Part shown: one piece after another, positions 13,324 through 26,711 of the stretch
Numbering within the stretch: the stretch's first letter is position 1
Layout: each line of letters begins with the position of its first letter
Source: Phoronis australis
Lineage: Eukaryota; Animalia; Phoronida
DNA length: 64,000 nt
Direction: 5' to 3'
Assembly (NCBI GenBank): GCA_002633005.1
Contig: NMRA01000093.1
Span: forward strand, 948,505-1,012,504
Translations under genes and position numbers: made by a program
The notes under the pieces: generated by a model
Databases searched by the model: none
The model's input: only the letters and a program-made list of their open reading frames with translations
Told to the model about the DNA's origin: nothing

Positions 13324-15413
13324 GTTAAACAGATACTTCGGAATAAAACTGTTTATAATCTAATGACAGCGTTTACGCGTGAGCACTTGTAAAGGGAACA
13401 TTTATAAGTATTATGGGTTACTAAAAGGTGTTTAACAACAGATTAGTGTTAACTAATATTCAACAGGTGTTAGGAATAAATCAAATTTTAACAGATCGCA
13501 TGTGCCTAATCCCTATCTAAAGCAGGGGATACGTTTACTAATGATTATAACAAGCTGTTTCTATAAATGACTTATGAAAATGATATCAGCCTCAAATGCG
13601 GGATGCCTAAATTAATTAAGGGCACCAAATCCTAAGGTGACCGAAAATCCGGGTTCCATACATTAATGTAAAAGGCCCTGCTTCACTTTCACCTTCGTGC
13701 GGGGCAAGTTATATCAAAATAGAGGGCCACGCATAAAATGGGGACAATTTTGGCATTCGTAATTTTAATATGGAGAAACCCACATTTTCGTCATTACAGG
13801 CGGTTCTTGTTGAGTACGATAATGGAGAAGTATAGTCTGATTGTATGTACATTGACAACTTATAATCTACTATTTTGTGAAACTCAGTCGTCACACGTTG
13901 TACTCACCTTCCAGTTTGGTAGTGCAGACTATACTATCAAGAGAAATTATTGAGGTAAGGTTTCAGAAAACCTGTGCTTTTTCTGCAGAATTAGTCAAAC
14001 AAAACCGCCAATTGCACTTACCATTCTTCACGTGCACCGACCCGTGGTCTTGGCTAGATACGCCCCCTGATATTTTTCCAGTTCCCGTCTAATTGCCGCT
14101 TTCAACAATCTATCGACTTGTATTTTAGCAGCTATTTAGCCTGTAAAATATGCTAAGAAATAAACATTTATGAATTAAATTGCTTTATATTTGTCACGCA
14201 ATGTTATCATACACCATTAGAAGCTTGTACAAGGCTTTTTACACTTACCCAATTCGGCTGAAAAGGCTGAAAACAGCTTTAATGATAGAAAATAAGATCC
14301 ACTTCCGGTTAATGGTTTTTCATGAAGATATGCTTTAAAAAATTTTGAACTACCAGCTAGGTAGCAGTTGTATCTACAACCAGTTTCCGGAGTAGAAGTT
14401 GTTTATCATCTAATGACAGCGTTCAATTGTACAAACTGGCACGGGGATTACACGTGTCAGTATTACTGTTCAGTTGTTTGGCAACTTATTCTCAACAGGT
14501 GTTACAAAGAACGTTCATTTTATCGGATCGCATACAGCTAGCTGGCTCCATAGGACGGCTCTAGCTTTGAAAAGATTTTTTACTGCGAAAGTGACAACAA
14601 TTTCAGAATGATGATGGATAATGGGTGACAAGTAATGTAAACCGATCACAGTCTTCCGTTTTCATGCGCCCATGATTTAATATCGGCGGTATGTTCAAAC
14701 CATTGTTTATGTTGTTCCAAAAATAAACTTGGGTTCTATTGCTGTACCAACATACATGTATTAAGAAATTATACAGAAATAAACAAAAATTATCTGTGGT
14801 AAAGCGCAATATACAGCGTGATGAAGTGATGGTCAAGAGCAATAACGGATGAGCGCAGATGCATGCTGCTTGTTGAGCATTCCGCGGCATGAAAACACTT
14901 GAAGTCGAAAAAATCCAGTGTTGTATCCTGATTTTTATTCAATTGTACTGTAAATTTCAAATTTCGTGCTTGTTTTTATGCATGATGTACTGTATCAAAA
15001 GTCTCATATCTAAAGTTAGAAATTATGCTTCCAAGATATCACTTAACGTTTGATTTTACCACGCCGTCATTAATTCAACATAAGGTTTTAGGCTGGTGTA
15101 ATGTCACGTACTTCGTATTTGTAGGTTGATTCGATGTTACCTCCTTTCAATAGTTGAACAACAGTTGATAAACCGATGTCAAGGCCGGAGTTGGCAATGG
15201 TAAACGAACAGCGAACAGTTAAATTTTTGTTTTTCCAAAGTTCACCCGCTAAGTCATAAAATGGTAATTGCCGACCAAGGACACGCTCAATCCGAATTGG
15301 TCGTCTACGCTAGGCGACCACTTAGCCGACCCAAGTGCCGACCACAGAGGCGACTCAGCAGACGGCTGCTAGCCGACCGTTGACGGTCGGCTGCCAGTCG
15401 GCTAGACGACCGG

Positions 15414-15719
15414 TGTCGCGTGAAATTTCTTCCCTGTGAAATTTCTTCCCAATCCGACTTTGCGCATGCGCAGATTGGCCAGGTTGGCATCCGGTCTTGA
15501 GAGCGTGAAATTTCTTCCCAGGGCACTTCTGTACGCTACTGTGAGACAAAATAAACCAGACTTTTTTTTTGCAAAGATGCATGATCTCAACTACAGTGAG
15601 AGTGACGTGAACAAGTTTTTGGAGGATGGATCCCATTCGTTGAGTTTGACGAAGAGTCAGCGCAAGGCTTTACGAAGTTGTGCCAAGCAAGGCCCAAGGA
15701 CATTCGCCGTTTCGGTCAG
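15414..15719 (+). mobile_element. Ginger-like DNA transposon left-end remnant
   Basis: CCGG|TGT terminus; repeated GTGAAATTTCTTCCC subterminal motifs; ORF KFLEDGSHSLSLTKSQRKALRSCAKQ resembles the N-terminus of GIN/Ginger integrases; no right end found. Confidence 0.5.
15461..15478. promoter_or_regulatory. NRF1-type palindrome TGCGCATGCGCA with adjacent inverted CCAAT box; candidate CLYBL promoter
   Basis: Exact motif at 15461-15472, ATTGG immediately after; strong donor CAG|GTAAGT at 15720. Confidence 0.35.
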
Positions 15720-17404
15720 GTAAGTCGACTAAAGTGATAGGCCTACTGCAATTATTATTGACTCTGGTTTAAAAAGTTAAGTGAAATCTGTTAAGCCTAC
15801 ATTTGCAATAATAAAACTGAAGTATGTTTGTTAAGCAAGGTTATCATGTCATTCGTAAGTCAAACCCTGTAGCTGCAGTACTGTACTAGTCTCTGCATTT
15901 AGCCAAAATATTTAGATTACTCCAACCTTGTAGACACTCTAGGAATGATATATTTTCTAATTGTTGAAAGTCAATAGAGTTTGATTTTAGTCTGTATATT
16001 TTCTGTGTGGTATTTATTAGCTGAGTAATGTATTATTTGATTTTAATAAAGGTAAAATAAGAAAAAACCTGTTACCAGTTTCCTAAATTATCTGGATTAG
16101 AACAAACAATTTGAGTAAAAACTAACAGGCAAGCCCTGCCGTGTTTAAGCTCTTACTAAAGTAAATACTTAAGTCAGTTGTTACTAGTTCTCATAGAGAA
16201 TATTGTACAGTATTATTCAGCCTAATATGGACAGTCTAGGCTCATGCTAGCCATTTGCCACCATTGGCGAGTTCTGAGTGGCACTGGCGACGGTATAGCT
16301 AAGTCCATTCGCCAACTTGGCAAATGATTTTGCAGCTTAACCATAAAAATTAATTTCGGGGAAACCTACTTGTGTTTCGACTCACTGTCAGTTCGAATCA
16401 AGTCGTGCGATGAACAGAAGACTGTTTTTCAGCAGCAAACGCGATCCAGTATCTCAACTTTTTACACTCACAATGTGGTGTGAGCGAGTCTGAAGTATTT
16501 TAATACCGTTGAAAAGTACCCAGGGCATAAAACTGACCTGATTTGAGATATCTCAAACATGCAATATGAACTCAACCGTTAAATTTACTATTTTCATTTT
16601 TCATGAATCTCTCCTTATTCTTTAAGTAACTTTACCAGTTTCAGCTCACAATTTGTCGGGTCAAATATTAATCGAGACTAGACACTGGTAGTTCTTTTCA
16701 AATCAAAATACGCAACCTGTCATATTTAATCAGCTCGCTAAATGTCACAAGTATAAAATCAGGGCCCTCAATTATCCAAGAGGAAAGGTGCCTTGCTAAT
16801 TTTTTTAGGTCATCATCATTTCAATGACCATGTGACCGGCGAACACACGCAGTTACTCTGGTATAGGGGGAGCCATGTCCAAACTTTTCATATCGTAATA
16901 ACACCCATGTTGGCTGACATTCCCTCCAACTTAATATGTTGCTTTATGATCTTGGAATGTTGATAATTTGTTGTTTTTTTTGCTAAGGCAGATGTCTTTT
17001 CTTATAGTACATTTATGAAAAGGACCTGTGCATAACATGAAAAATATAAACTTCGTTCAGTGCAACTGTGTTTTTGTCAATTGCTGGGGTTGGAAAAAGA
17101 GAAAGTACTTGGCCAATAATTTTGAAAACGGTTTAATACCTTTAAAACTCTAGCGTGAACTTAGAAATGTTGCATATTGGAATACGACCGTTTTGCTCAT
17201 ATTTGTGATTGTGGTTAGGCCATTTGTGTAAGGGCTCTGTATATTCTCATTTTGTGTGCGAATTTTTGGCATACTTTGCAAATTGTCAGGTACTATTAAT
17301 CTCGACTTCTATTGTCACTGTTAGTGTTTCCTTTTTTCTTTGAATTGAGCGCATTGAGCAGTTTTGAAGGCCAATGTTGTTGTTCAGGTTTTCAATCGTT
17401 CAAT

Positions 17405-17584
17405 TTATTTTTCAGTTTTAATGCGTTTCATCTGTTCTCTGGCTTCGCACCATGGATACTATTCATCATAAGCATATGGAGAAGGATCTTGAAGCGGATT
17501 ATTTTTCAGTTTTACTGCGTTTCATCTGTTCTCTGGCTTCGCACCATGGATACTATTCATCATAAGCATATGGAAAAGGATCTT
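17405..17584. repeat. Near-identical 86-bp direct duplication (17405-17490, 17499-17584)
   Basis: Directly visible. Confidence 0.9.
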
Positions 17585-18119
17585 CTGGTACGAAATTGAT
17601 TGCTTGATAACGCATTAAAAGTCTGCATTCTGGGAAATTAGTGGGAGAAAAACAGTTTGTAAAATAGGCTGATTGGAATCGTTAAATGATGTACTTGGGA
17701 GTTGTGATCTTGACCTCAAGCAACTTGAAGAAACTGACTGGAAGTGCATGTGTGCATTTATCATAAGTGTGACGGACATTAGAAACTGTGCATCATTCAA
17801 AATTGTGAATTTTGTGATTTCTTCTGAAAATGTCCTCACATGTTAATGTGAAATGCTCTACTAGACGTCAGCAATTGTTGACGAGCATTCACTTGCCTCT
17901 TTAAAGAGACGTGGAAATTTGTCCCATTATCAGAAATTCGTAACAACATATTATGCTGATTTTTTGATTTTTTGTGTACTGTTTAACTTCTGATTTTCTT
18001 CGTTTCCAGCTGCGTTGCCGTTTGGACAAGTCTTCTTCAAGGTTACGACACACACGCTTCTGATGTTTTCAAATGGGTACCTAAAAATGCTAGTTCTTTG
18101 GCTCTTGTATATAATCAAG

Positions 18120-19440
18120 TAAGAAAACATCTGTTTATGGTCCCTGAATTTTCAGTCCACATTGAGAAAAATATTTTATACAATTTCAGAGTTGTAGATT
18201 TTGAAAGCGGTTGCGTATTAGAATATTTGGGACTTCAGTAATTGCGGGCTCAGTTATCCTAGCTTTTTGCTTCTCACATTTAACCAAGTTGAGGATTATG
18301 TGTTATTGTCTTCAAGGCTTTCATTAGACATTATGAATGTCTTCTGTACCAAGTTTCGTAGATGGACTCCAACAATTGTTGATTTTGCAAGCGATTTTGG
18401 TTTGAATATGTATTAAAATTTGTGCCTAAGTCATGCTAGTTTTTTAGCTCTCAAAGGTAATCAAGTTAAGGAACATGTGGTTTTGTCTCCAAGACTTTCA
18501 TTAGACATGATGGATATGTATTGTACCAACTTTCGCTGATGTGCTCCAAAAACTTTAGATTTTGAAAGCAATTTTGGTTTGAATATGTCGTATAATTTAT
18601 TAATTTCATTATTGGCCTCTAGTCATGTTAGCTTTTTGCTTCTAACAGTTAACCAAGTTGAAGAGCATGTGTTTTTGTCTTCAAGTCTTTCATTAGACAT
18701 GATGAATATGTACTGTGCTAACTTTCGCAGATGTGCTCCAAAAATTGTAGATTTTGCAAGCGATTTTGGTTTGAATATGTAGTAAAATTTGTGCGAATTT
18801 CATTATTGGCCTTAGTCACGCTAGTTTTTTAGCTCTCAAAGGTAATCAAGTTAGGGAACATGTGGTTTTGTCTCCAAGACTTTCATTAGACATGATGACT
18901 ATGTACCGTACTGTACCAACTTTCGCTGATGTGCTCCAGAAACTGTAGATTTTGCAAGCGATATTGGCTTGAATATGTAGTAAAATTTTTGCGAATTTCA
19001 TTATTGGCCTCAGTCTTGATAGCTTTTTGCTTTTCACAGTTAACCAAGTTAAAGAGCATGACTGTGTTTTTGTCTCCAAGACTTTCATCAGACATGATGA
19101 ATATGTACTGTACCAACTTTTGCAGATGTGCTCCAAAAATTGTAGATTTTGCAAGGAATATTGGGTTGAATATGTAGCAAAATTTGTGCGAATTTCATAA
19201 TTGGTCCCAGTCATGTTAGCTTTTTGCTTCTCACAGTTAACCAAGTTAAATACCATGTGTTTTGTCTCCAAGAGTTAGACATTATGAATATGTATTGTAC
19301 CAACTTTCGTAGATGAGCTCTAAAAATTGACGATTTTGAAAGCGATTTTGGTCTAAGTTTATACAAAATGTTTACGTATTCTAGCTGTGGCTCCATTCAT
19401 GCTAGGTTTTTGGCTTTCATATTTTATAAAGTTATAGAAC
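18120..19440. repeat. ~190-bp tandem satellite, ~7 diverged copies
   Basis: Recurring TTTTGTCTCCAAGACTTTCATTAGACATGATG at about 18304, 18481, 18673, 18866, 19067, 19260. Confidence 0.9.
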
Positions 19441-19694
19441 ACCTGTTTTTTTTTGTAAAATATTTACTGACTTCTCAATAAATGAAAACTTGTCTGAGCA
19501 TGTTTCACTGCTAACCAATAAACTTATAGGTCATAAAGATTTTTGATTGGGATTCTTTGGCGAATCAAGTTAACCTCCACACTGAAAATTGAGGTTGTAA
19601 TAATTCTTCAACTTCAGTTATGTCACACAACATTTCTAGGTAAGGTCCATTTCGTTTATAACCAGTTTAAACACGAACTACTTTCTTAAGCAAC

Positions 19695-20015
19695 ATGGAG
19701 CCACTAGTGAGGACTTTCCGAGTGCTGTCAAGACTGAATGTCAGCACACGGTTTCAACTTTTACAAAACCTAGCTTCGCGCAGCAGCTATAGTTTTCCCA
19801 TGTGTTGTTCTGCTGCTGATATTCATACTTCAACAAACCGTGCTTCACGATATGAAAATGTAGGACATGACCCTGATCACGTGCCGCGCTACATGCCACG
19901 CAGAGCAATGCTATATGTGCCTGGCAGCGATAAGAAAAAGCTCATGAAGATACCAACATTTAAAGTCGACTGCGCTGTCATGGATTGTGAGGATGGTGTT
20001 GCAGCGTCTCGCAAG
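19695..20015 (+). CDS. CLYBL: CLYBL coding exon 1 (mitochondrial transit peptide plus RRAMLYVPG...VDCAVMDCEDGVA)
   Basis: CitE/CLYBL signature; AAG|GT donor; 321 nt, phase 0. Confidence 0.95.
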
Positions 20016-20122
20016 GTTGGTCGAAATTCAGGTGGAATTAAATACTCCAGTTTATCAAGTGGGTGCCATTATTGCAAAGCAGAGATTTGTGTAGAGTAGA
20101 AGGAGAAAGGGATTTTATGAGT

Positions 20123-20252
20123 CATATTTACCAACATATACCATCATATTGATACATATTCACAAGCATATACCAGCATATTGATACATATTTACAAGCA
20201 TATACCAGCATATTGATACATATTTACTAGCATATACCAGCATATTGATACA
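20123..20252. repeat. 32-bp tandem repeat x4 in CLYBL intron
   Basis: CATATTTACAAGCATATACCAGCATATTGATA units. Confidence 0.9.
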
Positions 20253-20564
20253 GTATACTGAAGTATTGTTCTTATGTATTGCATGATGGGTGTGACAAGT
20301 TAAAAAATTACCTTCTGTGTTCATGTGTAAGCCCCATAAATGCTTAAAAGTCATTTTATGGAGTAGATTGCTGTAATCTGGAGTATTATATTAATTTTGA
20401 TTATTTTTTCCCAATCTCCTTTTACTGACTATGCTATAATTTTTATTGCATAAGTTTAACCTGGAATTGAAATGTTAGCTGCTGTCACAATCCATTGTCT
20501 ACCAAGGATTGAATTGCGACACCATGGTGCTACAAAATTTATTCTCTTTCTATTTCTGTTGAAG

Positions 20565-20756
20565 GATGATGCTCGTAACAACATACGTGAAATGCTCGAC
20601 TCAGTGTTAGACTTTGGTAAGAATGAATGCGCAGTGCGTATCAACTCAGTGGGCAGTGGGCTTGCGGAGGAGGACCTGAGAGTGATATTAGGAGCAAAGC
20701 ACCTGCCTCATACATTGATGGTGCCCAAATTGGAAGACGCTTCAGAGATAGAATGG
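20565..20756 (+). CDS. CLYBL: CLYBL coding exon 2 (ECAVRINSVGSGLAEEDL...LMVPKLE)
   Basis: AG/GT borders, 192 nt, conserved VRINS and MVPK. Confidence 0.95.
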
Positions 20757-22074
20757 GTAAAGGAGCTCTGGTGAATCTTGGATGTCCTGACTACAATGTT
20801 CAAAGGAAATTATTTGTAATACCCCTAACAATATTCTGCTGTGTTTTCTTAAAAGTTTTATAATTTTTGGTCTTGCCTATACGAGCCTCCTTAATCTGTT
20901 TGTGTTACTGTAGGCAGGGGTGAAATCATGACAGCTTGATGTAACCTAGATTTTGTTTGTAAACCTAGTAAAAATCCCATGTTGCCATGAAGTTGACATG
21001 CACACACTCCAAATGCTACAGCAAATCAACAGACATAATTCGCAATTGTTCGGCAGGGTTCCATTTACCATCTGTGCACAGGTAATGTATGCCAATCGTC
21101 TGCTGATGTGAGATGCTCTTAATATTCCATTTGACGAACAACTAATATTTAAAAAATACCATCTGGACAAAATGGGATGAACACTTGCTGAGTTTGCTGG
21201 TTCTTTTAATCAGCTGTATCATTTTCGGCTGCTGTCAACTATTTGTCATTTGTAGGGGCAGCTCATTTGCTCCCCTTCATCCTTGTTTTGGTGCCCCCAT
21301 TTCCTTTTTTGGCGACCTGGGGTTAACTAAGTGTCGAGCCCTGTGTGAGACCGTCATGTGTTGATTTTGTGTTGGTTGAGTGTTGTACTATATGTGCAGA
21401 TGTTTGGGTTTGCTTCTTGCATTATTTGAAATATAGGAACGCAGGTATAATGCACATGTATGGTAGTCATGAAAAGACTCAGTCGGTGGAGTATGCATGT
21501 GGCAGGGAAGCCTTCATGTAGTCGTTTGCAGTATTGTTAGCAGGCAGTGTGTTATGAATAAGGTAAAAGTGAAATAACATGTCACTAGAAGCTCAGTTTG
21601 TGAACTAAGACAAATTTGATGTTTATGTGTGAAACACATTTGAAGATTGAGGCATATACCGTTTTCTTAATAGGTCAGCCGCGGTTTTCACTACAGAGAC
21701 TTGGTAGATTTGATAGCTGCTATGTGTCCACCTTTTGTTAAAAATTGCTGATTATTTAGTCCACTTCCTGAGGATGAAGCTGGACATTAGTCAGATGGTT
21801 CTGATGTCTGGGCTTGGAAAAGACCATCAGTTGGTTATTGCTTGAGGCCATGTGTGGCACTGAAGATGACCATCCTGGTCAAGTCAATTTATAGAGCCTG
21901 ATGTTAAACACTTAACAAGTCCATTTATTTAGCTCTTCATAGGTCATCAACTGTGAGTGAGACCAATTTATCTTGCCAGTGGTTCAGATCCAAATTTCAA
22001 AATATTTCATTAAAGTTGGTACATTACAGCTTTTACCGTGATTGCTAAAACCAAGCTCCATTGCGCCATTGCAG

Positions 22075-22270
22075 ATTGCTGAGAGATTATCTCACTTGCT
22101 CAAGTACCGAGAACTTGAACAGGAGATCAACCTGGTAGTGTTTGTGGAGAGTGCATCTGGTCTGATGAAACTCAAGGATATCTGTCTCAAGGCGGAGCAC
22201 TTGGCTGTTTACTGCCCGTATATTTTGGACGGTGTCGTGTTTGGCTCGGACGACTTCTGTGCTGATATTG
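22075..22270 (+). CDS. CLYBL: CLYBL coding exon 3 (FVESASGL...LDGVVFGSDDFCADIG)
   Basis: CAG/GT borders, 196 nt, metal-binding E and D motifs. Confidence 0.95.
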
Positions 22271-23526
22271 GTTTGTAGACATAGTGGCAGTCGTTATGAG
22301 TGATGCTTAATAATAGTTCTGGTGTTCTCATGTGAAAATGGGTGAAAATAATCCCATGTATTCTTCAAGCAAATTTTTATTTGGAAAATTTTTTGTAGTG
22401 GAACACAAACTTGCTTGTATCCTGAGTTTGACTAAATTTTGCTGGTTTAATTCTGGGAAAATTATTCACAAGCTCCATGGTTTCCTGATTCAGTTGGAAC
22501 TCTGGTCATTATCTGTATCATTAAACCAGTAGTGCTGGCCCATGCATTGCACTGCACTGACTGTAGTGTCAGTGTCTGCCAATAGGGGCGACATTACTTT
22601 CCGGTATTCATGAATTCTTTGGGGACATGACCAATTATGGAAAAAATGCATCTATGGTTTCAAAATAATTGGGAACGTCACCAATGATACAAAATTTTGA
22701 AGTGTTGTTAAAGTAGCTGCTTGTACGAATTGTCAAAGTGTCTTTCTATTTTTGGGAAAAATGACCATCCTGTTAGTTTTATAGCCCTGCACATGGAAAA
22801 CCATCATGACATCTTACAAACCCCAGGCAGATACACACTGGACAGTAACAGGTTACCACCATGGAATCGACAATAGTGGAACAAAAATCTTGCTTCTTTC
22901 TCAATAAGTTTATCATTATTGCCTTCGATTGTACCTTTAAGGGAAGCCACAAGTAGTAATTGTTACATCACTTTGGCTTTTTTCTGACATAAATTGCGTC
23001 AGAAGATCTATTATTTGAAAACACATCAAATGCTCTACTGGCAGCAAATACTAATAAGACCTGACAAAATATAACGTGGCGTCACTGGTTCCTATTGTAA
23101 GAATTGTTCTTCCACTGGCAAATTAAGATTAAGCAGTTGTATGGCAAGTTATGAAATCTAGTCTGTTATCGTATTTTCTAAGCTTCCAAGGTTGTAAAAG
23201 CTCCCATAGGTCATGAATCAGTTGTACAGCAGTGCAGCCAAGTTCAAAGCTGCTATTTGGAGGTTCTTAAACAAGAGGGAGGGGGAGGGGGCTACTGAGC
23301 AGCTGAGTGAATTGTTTGCTAATTCTCTTAGAAAGACCAACTTTACGGATTTCTTTTGTTCAATAAATTATTTTGGAAGGATTGCTGCAATTGGAGCATG
23401 AACTGCTTTCACGAACAACAAATTATTAATAACCTCACGTTGTATTAACTTTATATTTATAATGGAGAATATTACCTTCTTGTGTCAATGTTATTTGCTG
23501 CAACTTAGTACTGAGTTGTGTTTCAG

Positions 23527-23640
23527 GGGCCACAAGAACTAATGATGCCTCAGAGCTGCACTATGCCAGGCAAAAGATTGTCGTCATATGTAAAACTTTC
23601 CGCATTCAAGCGATTGACATGGTCTACATTGATTACAAAG
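23527..23640 (+). CDS. CLYBL: CLYBL coding exon 4 (ATRTNDASELHYARQKIVVICKTFRIQAIDMVYIDYK)
   Basis: CAG/GT borders, phase 1-1, 114 nt; not in the ORF track. Confidence 0.95.
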
Positions 23641-24462
23641 GTGGGTTTGGTTACACAAAGTTGAGACATATCGGAACGAATAGCTGATAACCAACAATGT
23701 CCCAATAATGTTCCAACAGTCAGGAACAGCTCATTCACATGTAACAGAGTGATTGGTTCAATCTTGACATTCAAATTTATACTGAATCAATCATTCAGTG
23801 TGACCCATTTTGGCTTTTCCAAAAGACAAGAAATTGCCAATAATGGCTCTCATGTATTGGAATGAAGAGTTGGTGAGAGATGGCCACAGTTGACTAAGCC
23901 ACTGTGAGGCTGCACTTGCACGTGGTTTCGGTTGTGAAGACTTGTTCAGATTAAAAAGTTTGTGATTAACTCGCGTCAGATTTGCCACCAATGGGCAACA
24001 AATGCACTTGCAATTGTCGTTTGGCTCCCAGTTTACTTAATAATTATATCATTGCACTTGGAATTTATTGGACGGTAAAATATGGTTGAATTGCTATACT
24101 GGAGTTTGCATTTTCAGGGTGTAACAAGTTATTCTCTGCCTTTTTTGTTCTAAACTATCACTTTATGTCATCTGATTACATTTGTCTTATTCTATATAAA
24201 TCACAAGTCACATCTCACTGACTGTCATTGCATTTAACTTCATAAAATGACGTCTATTTCCTCTTTTCAGTTGCTTGCAGCATTGGTGACAATTGCATCG
24301 TACATATTATACCAATGATGCGTCAAACTTTTCATCATTTCTTTGGGTTGAGAAATTTGATCTCATAAATTCTTACTTTTCCTCTTTTTTGTCTTCTAAA
24401 TGCAAGGGGCGGACTTTACATTGTTTGTCTCTTGGGGTAATGACACCGGCTTTATATTGTAG

Positions 24463-24641
24463 ATCCTGAGGGACTCAAGCTGCAGTCAGAGGAGGGGGCT
24501 CGCATGGGCTTCACTGGCAAGCAAGTTATCCACCCGTCACAGATCCCTATAGTGCAGACAGCTTTCTCGCCCAGCCCTGCTATCACTGAGTGGGCATTTG
24601 AACTTATCAAATCTTACGAGGCTCACAGCGAGTCAGGAACG
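24463..24641 (+). CDS. CLYBL: CLYBL coding exon 5 (EGARMGFTGKQVIHPSQI...)
   Basis: TAG/GT borders, 179 nt, GFTGKQVIHP signature. Confidence 0.95.
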
Positions 24642-24912
24642 GTTAGTAAACTGAAGTTAAAGCTACATTGTGCTCTGTTGGCTCAAAAATGAAAGTCTAA
24701 TGAGGCGTTTCACTCTAATAAAATCATTCTTATATTCCTTATTGTGATGGGATTCTATCAAGTCACAGGTAATGCGCATTTTCGATTGTGCAGTTTTAGG
24801 GTTGACCAACCTCAACAAACTCTGAATTTGTTTCTTTAGTCACTGGTAGTTTCCATGTTCTTGATGGTATTGAAAATAGAATTTTATCAGCTCAAGGAAT
24901 ATTATGAGACTG

Positions 24913-25943
24913 TTTATACATCGACATCTTTGTATGTGGTTGCATATTGTTGTCTCTGCCTGCGCGCCCACTGCTGTTTCGCCTAAACCCCTTGCAGGAA
25001 CTTGTTAAAATTTGGCAGATATGTTCCCATGGAGATGACAACTGATGGTGACGAGTTTCAGACCAATCGCACAACAGCTGTGCCCCCTTTTGTCTGGTTT
25101 ATTTTTTAGGTTTGCCTCTGTATTTTTGGAATTCATAGATGGATTTTCGGGAAATTTGGCAAATAGGTTTTTATGAAGTAGATAACAATGCTTTTCTAGT
25201 TTCAGAATGTTTTTGTCATATTCTGCTTCACCTAGGGGTCATTGTTATTGGCATCCTAATCTTTATCTACCAAACTGCTCAAAAGACCATTATGAATTAA
25301 CTTAGTGTTTGTGTTCCTGATGAGACTATGGCTGACACTGAATTTCAGATGGGTCTGACGAGTAGTGTCCCCTATTGGTGATTTTGTATTTTTGCAATCT
25401 TGTCTGTAGCTCCCAATTCCTTTGCAGGATCTTTGAAAACTTTTGTGTGACAAAGGATGCCCATGACTTTTTGGACAGCTCTGACTACCATTGCACGCCC
25501 TAGTGGCAATTTCAATTTTTACATTTGCCTTTGTATCTTCCGAGTTCCTTGATCTTTTTAATGAACTTTTGCAAGCAAGTTTCTATTGTCAAGTTTAGAG
25601 CACCTTTTCATTTTAGGATGCATGCTACGTATTCTCTGCTACTTAAAGGCTATTTTAATTATTTCCGAGTCTGTATCTAATTGTCTGCTTCTGCATGTGC
25701 CAAACCACTCAGCATTGTCATGCAAATTGGCAAACGTGTCCCTTCTGACAAGAGCTCGAATGAGGTAGATTTTCAGACAGGTCCAACTACTGTGGTGACC
25801 TTTAGTGACAAGACTCCCAATTTTGAATGGATGTGACGTATTCCACGCCATCTACTGGCCATTCTCACGATACTAAAAATACCTTAGAAGCAACCGTTTG
25901 CGGTGCTGTCGTTGGCGCTTTTCAACGCTCCACGTTGCTCGTT
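24913..25943 (+). mobile_element. Degenerate Helentron-associated element (HINE) in CLYBL intron 5
   Basis: Reverse-oriented homologue of the 57872-58940 family; 3' hairpin CAACG-CTCCA-CGTTG; CGCCCTAGTGGCA and CGCCATCTACTGGCCA motifs. Confidence 0.7.
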
Positions 25944-26470
25944 TTATAAGAGTAAAAGGCCAAATTCAATTTTTGTTTTTAGCCTAAGTAGGACAAAATG
26001 CAGGCTTAAAGATGCAAATGCCAAGTTTTGTTCCAGGGATTTATGTTAGCAGTACAGACAAAACCAATCACTGCGTTTCATACAGTGTCAGACTAACAAA
26101 ATCATTGGACGACATTATTTTTTGCCCGTCATGTATTCTTAATTTTGTCAGAAGTTGTAGGAAAATGTTCTCAAATACGTTGGTGCTCAGAGAGGCTTAT
26201 CCTCTGCAGGTTTACTGTGTCAAGTTTTTGTTTTTTAATTGAATCTCAAAAAGTTGGTGTTTTACGTCCAAGGTTTGCATTGTCGTGAACCTGAATTACA
26301 TAAACGTAAACGTGGTATGATTAAAGCATCTTTTTGATTTAAATGCATATGGTCAAAACGAATTATAACAGATTTTATTTATAACATTCCCTTGTTCATT
26401 TTGGCTGAAACAAAATAGTTGGGTATTATCTCTTGTCATCTATTCATCAATTGAAATACTGAATTTTCAG

Positions 26471-26575
26471 GGAGCATTTGAATTCAGAGGGAAGATGATC
26501 GACAAACCGTTGCTGTTACAAGCGCAAAACATCAAAGAACTTGCATTAGCTATCAATGAAATGGAATCATCTTAG
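26471..26575 (+). CDS. CLYBL: CLYBL last coding exon (GAFEFRGKMIDKPLLLQAQN...*)
   Basis: CAG acceptor, conserved MID catalytic Asp, TAG stop. Confidence 0.95.
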   Translation, partial: GAFEFRGKMIDKPLLLQAQNIKELALAINEMESS

Positions 26576-26705
26576 TGGTCTTGTTTCAACAGAGATGTGT
26601 GAGGGAAATGGTGTTGTGTTCTGAATATTGGAGTGGTATTTATAAGCTTTCGCAAACATTAATGGTGTTATGCCCTGACAAGCAGCGAAGCGACTGTGAA
26701 CTAAA

Positions 26706-26711
26706 AATAAA
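26706..26711 (+). terminator. Poly(A) signal AATAAA, probably for CLYBL
   Basis: 130 nt after the stop codon. Confidence 0.6.

Noticed and set aside
18579-19396. Repeated ORFs suggesting a repeat protein
   Set aside because: Unit length varies by non-multiples of 3 and stops occur in all frames.
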